Shown: positions 49,895-59,059, numbered from the whole stretch's first letter. The stretch: DNA of 63,498 nt, filler included, from Acidimicrobiia bacterium (GCA_029210695.1; 7 parts of 7 records of this genome joined end to end with filler, not necessarily neighbours in it), one strand, 5' to 3'. Notes: generated by a model from the sequence alone, not told the origin. Program-made: numbers and translations.

Positions 49895-50860
49895 CTAAGG
49901 GCCGGCGAACGACAGGAACCACAGGTAATCAACCAGACTGCGGGTCTCCTCGACGGTGAACAGCGTCCCGAAATTGGGCATGTCGGTGCCCATCCCTCCC
50001 CGGCGGATCTTGGCGTACCAGATGTCGCCCCGGCGCAGCCAGGCGGCTTCGGCGAACGCGACGGGCGGATCTATCGTCGATTCGGCCACCGGTCCATCTC
50101 CGCCGCCGCGCTCTCCGTGGCAGGCCGCGCAGTTCTTCGCGAACAACTCGACTGCCTGTTCCGTTGGAACGGTATTCGACCACAGGTAGGCGACGACGTC
50201 GATCAGGAGATCATCCGGTGTGTCGCGGTTGGCGGCGCGAAGCAGTCCGAGACCACCCTCGGGCGTGTGCTGCAGCCGCCAATCTGGTTCGAGAAGTTCG
50301 GCCGGTACCTCGACCGACCCGACACTCGCTTGCCCGCGTGCACGGTCCGGGACGATTCCGTCCACGGTCTGAGGGTCGGCGTCGATATCGATCCCGGCTG
50401 CCACCAATGCCTCGATGATCGGGTCGGGGGGTGACGACAGCGGACTCGCAGCATCGGGGTCGACCACCTCGAGGACGCCGCGCATCCTCCAGTGGCTAGG
50501 ACTGCACCAAGTGTTGCAGTAGTACGTATAGATCCCGGGCGAATCGACCGTAAGCGTTATCTCCCCGACGTGACCGGGGTCTACCTGGCCGATGTCGACC
50601 CCGAGGCCGGGTCCGATGGCGATTCCATGGACGACGTCGTCGGCTGCGAATCGCAGTGTGACCGTTTCCCCGACCTCCATCCGCACCAGGTCCGGTTGGA
50701 ACCCACCATTCTCCGGAACGCGGGCGGTGATGTCGATGATGCGATGATCGGCGAACACCGGGCGAAGTCCGTACTGGTATCCAACGATCGTGAGGGGGAT
50801 ACCGACCAGGATGGCAATCAGCGTGACAATGGCCGTCCGGTTGCCCCGCCCGTTGGTCAT
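49895..50860 (-). CDS. Membrane-anchored CuA-type cupredoxin + cytochrome c fusion
   Basis: TM; DVVHG..CNTWCSPSHWRM; CAACH..MPNF; ATGA overlap at 50857-60. Confidence 0.88.
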   Translation of the reverse strand: MTNGRGNRTAIVTLIAILVGIPLTIVGYQYGLRPVFADHRIIDITARVPENGGFQPDLVRMEVGETVTLRFAADDVVHGIAIGPGLGVDIGQVDPGHVGEITLTVDSPGIYTYYCNTWCSPSHWRMRGVLEVVDPDAASPLSSPPDPIIEALVAAGIDIDADPQTVDGIVPDRARGQASVGSVEVPAELLEPDWRLQHTPEGGLGLLRAANRDTPDDLLIDVVAYLWSNTVPTEQAVELFAKNCAACHGERGGGDGPVAESTIDPPVAFAEAAWLRRGDIWYAKIRRGGMGTDMPNFGTLFTVEETRSLVDYLWFLSFAGP

Positions 50861-52263
50861 CCGAGGTAGAGCCAGAGGAGGGCGAGGGTGGACGCCAGCA
50901 AGAACGCGACGACGGGAACGGCTGCCCGGGTGGCGGTAGTGCCGGAGGGGTCGTGACGGAAACCGACTCGCAGGGTCGTGCGGATACTGAATAGAAGTCC
51001 GCCAACGAGAATGGCGGCTTGGATGGCCGGTGCAGTGCCGGAGAGGTACGGAGTCCATCCGGTCTCGCTCGTTCCGAAGAGGTTCCATCCCCAGCCGAGA
51101 GGGTCCGAGACGGCGGCCAGCGCGTAGCTGCCGTTGGTCAGGGCGAAACCGACGCTGAAGGCCATCCAGGCCGCCAGGCCCAGCGGTATGAGAGAGTGGG
51201 CATATTCGCGATATGCCTGACGGATGGTCACGCCGGTGGCTGACCGTCTTTGCGCGGCAAAGACGGTCAGCCAGAAGACCCCTGGAACGAAGAGCAGCGT
51301 TGCAGAGAGGAAAGCGGTCGCATAGATGGCCCATCCCCAGAGCGATTCGACCGATGCCCACCCCCTGACCGTCGCCCACGGCCCGAACAACACCGCCGGA
51401 TAGATGATGGAGCACGCCAGCATGATGAGTGCCTTGTACGCCTCGTCGATCTGCTTGCCGCCTCCCGGTTTGGCGAGATCGGCACCCGGACGGCGCAGGT
51501 TGATCACGACGTTGTCCATCGTGCACGTTTTCAGACACTCGGTACAGAAACCACAATCGAGGTTGCGGTCGAGTTTCCCTGGGTAGACCATCCACGGACA
51601 GCCATAGCCGCGCTCGTTGCCGGTGATGCAGTCCTTCGAACGGTGGTCCACGCACACCTGTGTGTCGCGGACCCTCAGTTCGATGGGGGCAGCCATCGAG
51701 TAGAGCCCGATGAACCCACCGATCGGGCACACGTACTTGCAGAACACACGGTTCTCGAAGAGCAAACTCATGCTCACGGCAACTCCGGCCAATCCGAGTA
51801 TCACGCCTGCGGACACGGTCGGACGGGTGAGGATGATCATCGAAAACAGAGCGAGGATCAAGAACCCCACATTCTGAATCCACATGTTGCGAAGCCGGCG
51901 GGGCCAGCGGAGCCCCAGGGTGCGCAGCTTCCCCCCTCCGCCGATGATGCCGCGCCGCTGTATCCACTCACCCGGCGCAGGGATCGGGCAGATGGTGCAC
52001 CATATGCGACCAAAACCCGGGACCATCAGCACCATCAGCACCGCCCACCACACGATCCATACGAACACGATGCCGAAGTTGCGATTCCCGGCCGATGTGC
52101 CCAGCAGGCCGGCGACGATCGCCAGCGCGAATGGAGCCAGCAGCAGCAGCATCGACACCGGTTGGAAGGAGCGGGACATGACTACTCGCCTGAGCCGAGG
52201 CATCCGGCCGAGCACATCGAGTCGGCGCTCATCTGCCGGGGGCTTGCGCACGAGCGTCTTCAC
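50857..52263 (-). CDS. Membrane polyferredoxin (NapH/NosR/CcoG-like)
   Basis: GRIWCTICP, FCKYVCP, C..C..GCP, CGFCTECLKTC; many TM. Confidence 0.88.
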   Translation of the reverse strand: MKTLVRKPPADERRLDVLGRMPRLRRVVMSRSFQPVSMLLLLAPFALAIVAGLLGTSAGNRNFGIVFVWIVWWAVLMVLMVPGFGRIWCTICPIPAPGEWIQRRGIIGGGGKLRTLGLRWPRRLRNMWIQNVGFLILALFSMIILTRPTVSAGVILGLAGVAVSMSLLFENRVFCKYVCPIGGFIGLYSMAAPIELRVRDTQVCVDHRSKDCITGNERGYGCPWMVYPGKLDRNLDCGFCTECLKTCTMDNVVINLRRPGADLAKPGGGKQIDEAYKALIMLACSIIYPAVLFGPWATVRGWASVESLWGWAIYATAFLSATLLFVPGVFWLTVFAAQRRSATGVTIRQAYREYAHSLIPLGLAAWMAFSVGFALTNGSYALAAVSDPLGWGWNLFGTSETGWTPYLSGTAPAIQAAILVGGLLFSIRTTLRVGFRHDPSGTTATRAAVPVVAFLLASTLALLWLYLG

Positions 52264-52721
52264 GCCGACCGCCGGGTCCCGGCGCCGATCAACATCGCCG
52301 CCGCCGCAATGACGGCGATGGCGCTCGCCCGCCACAGAGGCTCATTCGGGCCGACGACCAGTTCACCGATCATGAACGGGTGCAGTGGGCCGCAGGATAC
52401 GGAGCAGCGGTAGTTGAACTTGCCGGACCGGTCCGCCGAAACCGTGAACTGCTGCGAGATGCCCGGTTCGACTCTGGCATCGATCTCGTAACCATCGAGG
52501 AAAAAGCCGTGGACGACATCAGAAGCCGTCAGCGTCACCTGCAATGTGTCACCACGATTGACTGTGAGGCGACCCGGGGAGTATTCGAACTGGGACGCAT
52601 CGATTGAAATGCGGTGGGTCTGTGGGGCGTGGAAGGCGGGGACGGGGACCAACAACGCCGCTAGGACAAGCAGCAGGAGGACGGACCTCCGTGCGATGAC
52701 CGGACGTTTCGAGGTCTGCAT
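52260..52721 (-). CDS. CuA-type cupredoxin (COX2-like) with C-terminal TM
   Basis: QFEYSP, DVVHGF, CSVSCGPLHPFM. Confidence 0.88.
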   Translation of the reverse strand: MQTSKRPVIARRSVLLLLVLAALLVPVPAFHAPQTHRISIDASQFEYSPGRLTVNRGDTLQVTLTASDVVHGFFLDGYEIDARVEPGISQQFTVSADRSGKFNYRCSVSCGPLHPFMIGELVVGPNEPLWRASAIAVIAAAAMLIGAGTRRSA

Positions 52722-52734
52722 GCGGCGACTGGAT

Positions 52735-53205
52735 CTACGCCGGGGGGAGCGGAGTCGGCGTCGCAGGGCCAAACTTGCCGTAGCGCCCGTCCACGTACTG
52801 CCGGATTTCAGCCGGGGCCTTGCCGTCTCTCGTCATTCGCATCGTGTCCTGTGCGATGTCCACGCAGATGCCGCACCCCGTCGCGTGCGTATCGAAGGTG
52901 ATGGTGCCGTCGACGGCGATGTCTGCGATGAAGCAATCGAGATTGCTTGTATGGCCCATAGACCCGCAGCCGCAGTAGCAGGGTTGGTGGGAGAGATCAT
53001 CTGGATGGGCGACGGCGAAGAGGTATGCCTCTTGCACTGTGCTCGGAGCGGATCGGGCAAACTCGGGCAGCATCGACTGGTCGGCCAGGTCCATGTCGTG
53101 GCTCTCTCCGCAGGCGGAAACAGCCAAACCTGAGGCGACGATCATCAGCGCCCCTATCAGAGAGATACTCCTCGTGGCGGGCATAGTGCCAAACCTCCCT
53201 GTCAT
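52735..53205 (-). CDS. PCYCGC-motif lipoprotein
   Basis: Lipobox VSAC; PCYCGC, GH.SNLDCF, H..GCGIC. Confidence 0.9.
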   Translation of the reverse strand: MTGRFGTMPATRSISLIGALMIVASGLAVSACGESHDMDLADQSMLPEFARSAPSTVQEAYLFAVAHPDDLSHQPCYCGCGSMGHTSNLDCFIADIAVDGTITFDTHATGCGICVDIAQDTMRMTRDGKAPAEIRQYVDGRYGKFGPATPTPLPPA

Positions 53206-53251
53206 CGTCCGGGCTCCAGGCTCAGAGGGAACGGTGTCCCGGCGCCCATGT

Positions 53252-53740
53252 TCATTGCACCCAGTTCGAGAGAATGGTGATCTGGCGGTCTGGATTGGCC
53301 GGGTCGTTGGTCGGTAAGTGAAGTCGAAAGTCGTGAGGTCCGTCCATGCCGGCGTGCATTGTGAAAGCGACTACGACTTTTGTTGACTCTCCGGGGTTGA
53401 GGACCATCGAACCGATGGTCGGTGTGGGCGGTCAACACCCATCCTTGAGTTCGACGAAGGGCATCTCCGCAAAGAGAAGCGCCGCGTCGCCTGAGTTCGT
53501 CACTTCGAAGACAGCCTCGACCATCTGGTTGAACGGCACGTCACCAAAGTCGACGTAGTCGGAATCGACGGTGAGTGCCGGCGTCCCAGTCGTATCGATG
53601 GCCTCCTGCGACTGATCGGGCTCGTTTCCGGACGCGATGATGGAAACGATTGCGAGGGCCGCGATTGAAGCTCCGGTGAAGAGCAGGGTGCGGGAGCGAA
53701 CCGTCTTCCGGCTCGGTCGTCGATCCGATTGCTTGCTCAC
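53252..53740 (-). CDS. Putative selenoprotein: membrane-anchored DUF1573-like Ig-fold protein with a CU motif (162 aa via UGA at 53432-34)
   Basis: Frame continues 59 codons past TGA: ELKDGC-U-PPTPTIGSMVLNPGEST..MHAGMDGPHDFRLHLPTNDP..SNWVQ*; hairpin 11 nt after UGA. Confidence 0.8.
53402..53420 (-). promoter_or_regulatory. Candidate bacterial SECIS element
   Basis: GACCAUCG-GUU-CGAUGGUC perfect 8-bp stem, with 11 nt between UGA and stem. Confidence 0.7.
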
Positions 53741-53861
53741 GTGTTCCTCTCGTTCATTAGTGATCTTGATCTGTAATTATCAGACAAACTGATGGATACT
53801 GGTGGAGCCAGAAGTCCCAACGCCTCGCGAAAGGTCCCAATGCCGGTTCCGTCACACGATC

Positions 53862-55010
53862 TCATATCGACGGAATCCGCAGCACAAAAGTCGAACCATG
53901 TCCAAGACCCGGTGATTGAGCGCTGATGTCCCCGCCGTGGCGTCTGGCGATAGCACGGGCGATGGTGAGCCCGATGCCGCTGCCGCCGGGTTCGCCTTGG
54001 TGGCCCCGATAGAACCGCTCGAATACGGCGGCTTCTTCTTCTCGCCCGAGGCCCCTTCCTGTGTCGGTAACCTCGACAACAGCCTCGCCGTCCTCGGCGT
54101 GCACGGAGATCGAAACCTTGCCGCCGGGACTGGTGTAAGTGAGCGCGTTGCCGATCACGTTGGTGAGCACCTGCGAGATCCTGTCCCTGTCGGCGAAGAC
54201 GGGGGTGGCTTGTCGAGTGTCCTCGATCATCAACGCCACACCCTTGGCGTCGAACTGCACCCGTAAGTGGCTTCCGACCTCATGGGCGAGGTCGGTCAGA
54301 TCCAGATTCTGGAGGTCGAGAGGCTGGTTGCCTTCCTCGGCCCTCGAAACGGCGCTCAAATCGTCCGCCAGTCGGGTGAGCCTGCGCAGCTCCCGGCCGG
54401 ATGCGGCCAGGATTTCATCGGTCGGCTCGAACACCCCGTCGAGCATGCCTTCGAGGTACCCTTCGATGGTGGTGAGCGGCGTCCGCAGCTCGTGGGATAT
54501 CTCAGAGATCATCCGGATCCTCCGTCGCTCGGTCGAGTCCAATGATTCCGCGAGTGCGTTGACATCCTCGGCCAGGGCTGCGAGCTCTCTTTCGGCGGGC
54601 GGTTCGATCCTCTCCGCGTAGGCGCCGGCTGCCAGCCTGCGCGTGGTGTCTCGAACCGTTTGAAGGGGTGAGAGAATTCGCCGGGTTACGAATCCACTCA
54701 CAACAGTGGCTGCAAGTGCGGCGATCGCCAGCGAGATGAGCAGGGCTCGTCGAAGGGAGCTGTCGAACGCCTGCTGAAGGCCAATATCGATTGCCGGTGT
54801 GAGGAAGCCCGCCGACGAATCACCCATCATGCTGCCGTCCATCATCATGTTGGTGCCCGTCATCATCGCGTTCATGAGTTCGACGTCGCTCTCGAAGAAC
54901 GACGGGGCCAGCAGCTCGGAAATCGCCACGAGCGTTGCGGCGCCCACCAAGAGGACGAGGATCTGGGCGGTCAGCATGCGTGACCACAGGCTTCCGAAAT
55001 GCCTGGTCAC
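53862..55010 (-). CDS. HAMP sensor histidine kinase with Met-rich extracytoplasmic segment
   Basis: SHELRTPL, NVIGNA, DTGRG, FERFYR, GSGIGL; MNAMMTGTNMMMDGSMMG. Confidence 0.93.
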   Translation of the reverse strand: MTRHFGSLWSRMLTAQILVLLVGAATLVAISELLAPSFFESDVELMNAMMTGTNMMMDGSMMGDSSAGFLTPAIDIGLQQAFDSSLRRALLISLAIAALAATVVSGFVTRRILSPLQTVRDTTRRLAAGAYAERIEPPAERELAALAEDVNALAESLDSTERRRIRMISEISHELRTPLTTIEGYLEGMLDGVFEPTDEILAASGRELRRLTRLADDLSAVSRAEEGNQPLDLQNLDLTDLAHEVGSHLRVQFDAKGVALMIEDTRQATPVFADRDRISQVLTNVIGNALTYTSPGGKVSISVHAEDGEAVVEVTDTGRGLGREEEAAVFERFYRGHQGEPGGSGIGLTIARAIARRHGGDISAQSPGLGHGSTFVLRIPSI

Positions 55011-55711
55011 GATTCCACCCCGATGAATTTGTAGCCGACTCCGCGGGCCGTGGCGATGAAACGCGGTTCGAGTGGGTCGTCGTCTAGCACTTTGCGGAGA
55101 TTGGAGATGTGGACGTCAACCACCCGATCGACGCCCACATAGTCCCATCCCCATACCCGTTCCATGAGTTGGTCACGGGAGAAGACACGCCGGGGAGCCT
55201 GGGCCAGCGCGATCAGCAGATCGAATTCGAGGGCACTGAGGTCGAGCAACCGCCCGTCAAGGTGGATCTCACGGGTCCCGAGGTCAATGACCAGTCCTTC
55301 GAACTGCAGCACCTCTGAGGAGCGGGAATCCTGGACGGCAGTTGCGCGTCTCAGAACTGCCCCGATCCGGGCGACGAGTTCCCGGGGAGAAAACGGCTTG
55401 GTCACGTAGTCGTCGGCTCCAACGGTGAGACCGACCACGCGATCAACCTCCTCAGACCGCGCGGTGAGCATGATCACCGGCACCGCTGATAATGCCCGCA
55501 GCCGGCGCAGGACTTCGAAACCATCGATGTCCGGCAAGCCGACGTCGAGCACGACCAGGTCGGGTTCCTTGCCGGCTGCCAGGCTGAGGCCGTCGATCCC
55601 CGCTGCAGCCTCCAGGACCTCGAACCCGTCGGCTTTCAGGTAGCTCGACAGCATGGTTCGGAGGTCCTGCTCGTCATCGATGATCAGTACTCGTCGTGAC
55701 ATATCGGTCAC
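55007..55711 (-). CDS. OmpR-family response regulator
   Basis: IIDDE, LDVGLP, GADDYVTKPF, RVVDVHISNLR. Confidence 0.95.
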   Translation of the reverse strand: MTDMSRRVLIIDDEQDLRTMLSSYLKADGFEVLEAAAGIDGLSLAAGKEPDLVVLDVGLPDIDGFEVLRRLRALSAVPVIMLTARSEEVDRVVGLTVGADDYVTKPFSPRELVARIGAVLRRATAVQDSRSSEVLQFEGLVIDLGTREIHLDGRLLDLSALEFDLLIALAQAPRRVFSRDQLMERVWGWDYVGVDRVVDVHISNLRKVLDDDPLEPRFIATARGVGYKFIGVES

Positions 55712-55733
55712 GGATGGTAGGGGGATGCGATCG

Positions 55734-55885
55734 TTATCGACCGAACCCCATCCCGCCCCCGGACCCCATCGGCCCCAAACCGTCTGGCACGATCGTTTGA
55801 CCGTCGTTCCAGATCGAGTCGTGCATTTGGTTCATCCAGGCGGCGTCTTGGTCGGTGAGTGTTTCGTTGTTGTTCCACATGGAGT
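55734..55885 (-). CDS. C-terminus of a Met/His-rich repeat protein (5'-partial; not in the ORF track)
   Basis: SMWNNNETLTDQDAAWMNQMHDSIWNDGQTIVPDGLGPMGSGGGMGFGR*. Confidence 0.65.
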
Positions 55886-55985
55886 NNNNNNNNNNNNNNN
55901 NNNNNNNNNNNNNNNNNNNNNNNNNNNNNTTAATTAATTAANNNNNNNNNNNNNNNNNNNNNNNNNNNNNNNNNNNNNNNNNNNN

Positions 55986-56062
55986 CATCACTGGCGAGCA
56001 GGTGGTCCCATCCCCCTGGCGAAACTCATCTCAAGGTGGTCCCATCCCGCTGGCGGGCGACA
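55986..56062. mobile_element. IS21-family terminus
   Basis: Repeated GGTGGTCCCATCCC.CTGGCG boxes ending GGCGACA. Confidence 0.78.
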
Positions 56063-56063
56063 T

Positions 56064-56108
56064 GCTGCCATCGGCCTCGTCGCCGTCACCCGTCGCGACG
56101 TCGTCTGA
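56064..56108 (+). pseudogene. 3' remnant of an ABC permease cut by IS21
   Basis: AAIGLVAVTRRDVV* (RRDV terminus). Confidence 0.45.
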
Positions 56109-56139
56109 ACAGTGAGCAGGAACAATCCCAGCTGTTGAG

Positions 56140-56192
56140 TGCGTCCCCAGTTGCATCGCAGAAGTGCGACCTTGCGATCAACTGGGGACGCA
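56140..56192. repeat. Long palindrome (REP-like or terminator)
   Basis: TGCGTCCCCAGTTG...CAACTGGGGACGCA plus inner ATCGCA/TGCGAT. Confidence 0.7.
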
Positions 56193-56195
56193 ACC

Positions 56196-56368
56196 ATGAC
56201 CAGACGCCACATCGACGCTCGAGAGATCGTGGAGGCGTTCCCGAGCCTGACGGAAGAGGACATCGAGGCGGCCAGGGCGCAGCTGGCATCGGTTGCGTAG
56301 ATGCGGGTTCGTGCTCGACGCGGACGTCGACGCCATGGCCGTTGGATCGTTCCTTCGTCGGCGCGGGG
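56196..56368 (+). pseudogene. Degraded DUF433 antitoxin / DUF5615 PIN-like toxin pair
   Basis: EIVEAFPSLTEEDIEAA (56196-56300), then ATG CGG G TTC GTG CTC GAC (MR-fs-FVLDADV), cut at the tRNA fragment. Confidence 0.6.
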
Positions 56369-56411
56369 GATCTACGGATCGGAAGGTTGGAGGTTCGAGT
56401 CCCTCTCGGCG
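56369..56411 (+). other. Degenerate tRNA-Arg(ACG) 3' half (att remnant)
   Basis: CTACGGATCGGAAGGTTGGAGGTTCGAGTCCCTC; similar to 58980-59027. Confidence 0.7.
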
Positions 56412-56627
56412 ATCTTCCGCCGATTGCCATGCCTCGCCATCGGGCGCCAGGCCGCGGCTGGGTGCGACTGAAGCCACGCCAACCGGGAAGAGGGGGCCTA
56501 GACATCTGGCCTAGGTGTGGCTTTCACATGCAGGTCCGACCCTGAGGAGCCGCAAACCTAACGAGAGCCGAAGTGCAGTCATGGGTATTTGACGCCACTG
56601 ACCCAATCGTTAAGAAAGTCAGATGCG

Positions 56628-57413
56628 TCAGAGTTCGGTTCGATTCCACTTCCAGAAAGCAACGAAGGTGAAGATCCCACACGCTACAACGGTGAAAACA
56701 ATGGCACCCGGCGCGGATACTGGTTGGCCTGTGATTAGGGCACTGGCAACGGATGTGTCTGACTCGTTGGTCGCTACGACGAGCGCCCAGGGGAGGACCG
56801 AACCCAGACCGGGGATTCCAACGATCAGTTGTTGTCCGAATGCGAAGGCCAACGGAATGGCGATGACCGGTCCGGCTGAATCGAACAGGGTGCCGAGCAT
56901 CAAGGTGAGTGTCAGGAAAAACATCAGGTTCAGCGCAGCGACCGACGCTCCCAATGCGAACCGAGGTGTCGAAACTTCGATGCCTGCCAGCGTGAGCTGG
57001 AGGAGCAGCAGGACAGAAGGGATGGCAATCATGGTGGCGATCACGCCGACAGCGTTGGGGACGAGCTTAGAAAGCATGAATGCTTGTCTTGACGCCGGTT
57101 TCGAGAGCACCCATGCGGCTGTCCCGCTGCGTTTCTCCCCAACGATGGCTTCCTGCATGACAATGGCCACAGCGATTGCGGCGAACATCGACATGACGCT
57201 ATAGAGCGTAAACACGTCAAGCTCGTCCGGCGCGTCGCCCCAGACGAACGCGGCCAAGGACCCATTGATTACAACGGTCCACAGGAGAGCTTGTATCCAC
57301 CACTCTTTGGTTCCCCACCAGGAGCTAAACCCGGCGCTCATCAGATTCGAGAGGCCCCCACGCCACCCGCTTTCGAGACGAGGCTCGAGAGCGGCAATCC
57401 CGGCTTTAGTCAT
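56628..57413 (-). CDS. ABC-2 type exporter permease
   Basis: IVGEKRSGTAAWVLSKPASR..LSK; about 6 TM. Confidence 0.88.
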   Translation of the reverse strand: MTKAGIAALEPRLESGWRGGLSNLMSAGFSSWWGTKEWWIQALLWTVVINGSLAAFVWGDAPDELDVFTLYSVMSMFAAIAVAIVMQEAIVGEKRSGTAAWVLSKPASRQAFMLSKLVPNAVGVIATMIAIPSVLLLLQLTLAGIEVSTPRFALGASVAALNLMFFLTLTLMLGTLFDSAGPVIAIPLAFAFGQQLIVGIPGLGSVLPWALVVATNESDTSVASALITGQPVSAPGAIVFTVVACGIFTFVAFWKWNRTEL

Positions 57414-58368
57414 CCGTCGGTCCTTCCGCGACAAGTTCGACGAAGACTTCTTCGAGATTTGCCGAATGTCTAGCGAACTTCTTGACAATGAGGGTCTCAT
57501 CTTCCAGCAAGACCCGCTGCAATCTCGTCTCCGCCGCGTTCGCGTCATTCGCCGTGACTCGCAACCGGGCCGGCGGTCCGTCGTCGTCTACCACAACCCG
57601 ATCCACCCAAGACTGGCCAAGAAGAGCAGTCCTTGCCCGTTCGACATCGCCTTCGATCTCGACAGTGAACACCGAGTCGGTACCGACCGAAAGCACCTCA
57701 CCAATCTGCCCCTGGCTGATGATCTGACCCTTGTTCAAGATGCAGACCATGTCGCTCACCCGCTGAACATCGTCGAGGATGTGCGTGGAGTAGAAGACAG
57801 TCGATGTGGCCCGGAATTGCTCCAAGATGGCCAACACGTCACGCCGCCCCAACGGGTCTAGAGCCGCGGCCGGTTCGTCGAGGATCAGCAGATCAGGCTC
57901 GTGAATCTTGGCCTGAGCGATTCCCAGCCTCTGCGTCTCGCCACCCGAAAGGGTTTTGATCGGACGGTCAGCCTTCTCCGCAATCCCCACCAACTCCAAC
58001 ATCTCATCAATTCGGGCTTCAATCCGATCGCCCGGCCCTGAGAAGAAGAACCCGGCAGCGAAACGAAGCGTCTCTCGTGCGGTCATGTGCGGGTAGAAAC
58101 GTGGCTCCTGTGGCAGGTAGCCGATTCGGCGTCGAACCTCCGAGCTGTCAGCCACGATATCCAGGCCAAAAACGGTTCCGGACCCTGCTGAAGGTCGGAT
58201 GAGACCGAGCAACATCTTCATCGTCGTTGTCTTGCCTGCGCCATTCGGACCGAGAAACCCAAAGACAGAATGATGAGGGACTTTCAGGTCAATCGAGTCA
58301 ACTGCATGTACACCGTCGTAGGACTTCGAGAGAGCCGTTGTTTCCACAGCCAGATCGGCAGCATTCAC
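57406..58368 (-). CDS. ABC exporter ATP-binding protein
   Basis: GPNGAGKTT, LSGGETQR, LDEPAAALD, STH; GTG with SD GGAGG. Confidence 0.93.
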   Translation of the reverse strand: MNAADLAVETTALSKSYDGVHAVDSIDLKVPHHSVFGFLGPNGAGKTTTMKMLLGLIRPSAGSGTVFGLDIVADSSEVRRRIGYLPQEPRFYPHMTARETLRFAAGFFFSGPGDRIEARIDEMLELVGIAEKADRPIKTLSGGETQRLGIAQAKIHEPDLLILDEPAAALDPLGRRDVLAILEQFRATSTVFYSTHILDDVQRVSDMVCILNKGQIISQGQIGEVLSVGTDSVFTVEIEGDVERARTALLGQSWVDRVVVDDDGPPARLRVTANDANAAETRLQRVLLEDETLIVKKFARHSANLEEVFVELVAEGPTDD

Positions 58369-58853
58369 CGAGAAACCTCCCCCGCACAACAAAGCCTGCT
58401 CAAAGAAGAGCAACCCTAACTACCGAGACCCCCGGTTTCCAGTCCACTTCTCGGGAGCCTTTCACGGTTGCGTCGTGGTCACCTCCCTCGCCGGTAGGCG
58501 ATTCGCCGTAATCGGCGGCTCCGGAAACGGGGCAACCGGTGGGGCTCATCTTCGGATGACGAACGCTCCGGCCTGTTTCCGACTGTCGCGTTGTCCTCCA
58601 TCCCGGACAGATCGCCGACGGCCGAGCCTGTTTCGCCCAACTCCACGTCTCGAACCTTCGTGATACTCAACCCCGGGGGTGTCGGGTGGCGCGGATCCTC
58701 GTTTCGATTGGACTCCCGACGCTGGTCACCACCGGCTCCAGTCATGCTGGTTCTCCGGGAGGATGTTCCCATCCAGGTGAGCACCGAGGGGTGATCTCTC
58801 GAAGCGCAGCCGACCCCCGCCGCGCCTGCGGGCCATGAGCTCGTCGGCCTTTC

Positions 58854-59027
58854 TTGGGAGCCAAGTTGGGAGCCATTCGCGGTGGATTCCGACGGACGGC
58901 TGTGGACGCCGGTGGAATCGAAAGCCTGTCGTTCTGGACTGGTGTGGACGGCTGTGGACGCCTGTGGACACGGCTTGGAGATCTACGGATCAGAAGGTTG
59001 GGGGTTCGAGTCCCTCCGGGCGTGCTA
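58854..59027 (+). mobile_element. att-like site: arm-type direct repeats plus tRNA-Arg(ACG) 3' half
   Basis: TTGGGAGCCA x2, GGACGGCTGTGGACGCC x2, then CTACGGATCAGAAGGTTGGGGGTTCGAGTCCCTCCGGGCGTGC with no tRNA 5' half. Confidence 0.78.
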
Positions 59028-59059
59028 CCGAAACCCCTGCGTGAGCCGGGATGTCGTTG

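Noticed and set aside
50861..51967. 690-aa ORF 49895..51967 as one protein
   Set aside because: The N-terminal part is an off-frame shadow of the polyferredoxin; the real gene starts at 50860
53202..53438. 78-aa ORF downstream of KDGC*
   Set aside because: Wrong frame; the in-frame continuation has the domain-like sequence
55745..55780. CCCCAT repeats as a regulator box
   Set aside because: They are ATG GGG (Met-Gly) codons of that ORF
55809..55885. IS end at the contig 6 terminus
   Set aside because: Translates as a continuous Met/His-rich C-terminus on the minus strand
58400..58620. Riboswitch or group II intron fragment upstream of the ABC exporter
   Set aside because: Several small hairpins but no recognisable domain V or aptamer consensus
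58940..59030. Intact tRNA-Arg gene
   Set aside because: No D arm or acceptor 5' strand; only the 3' half
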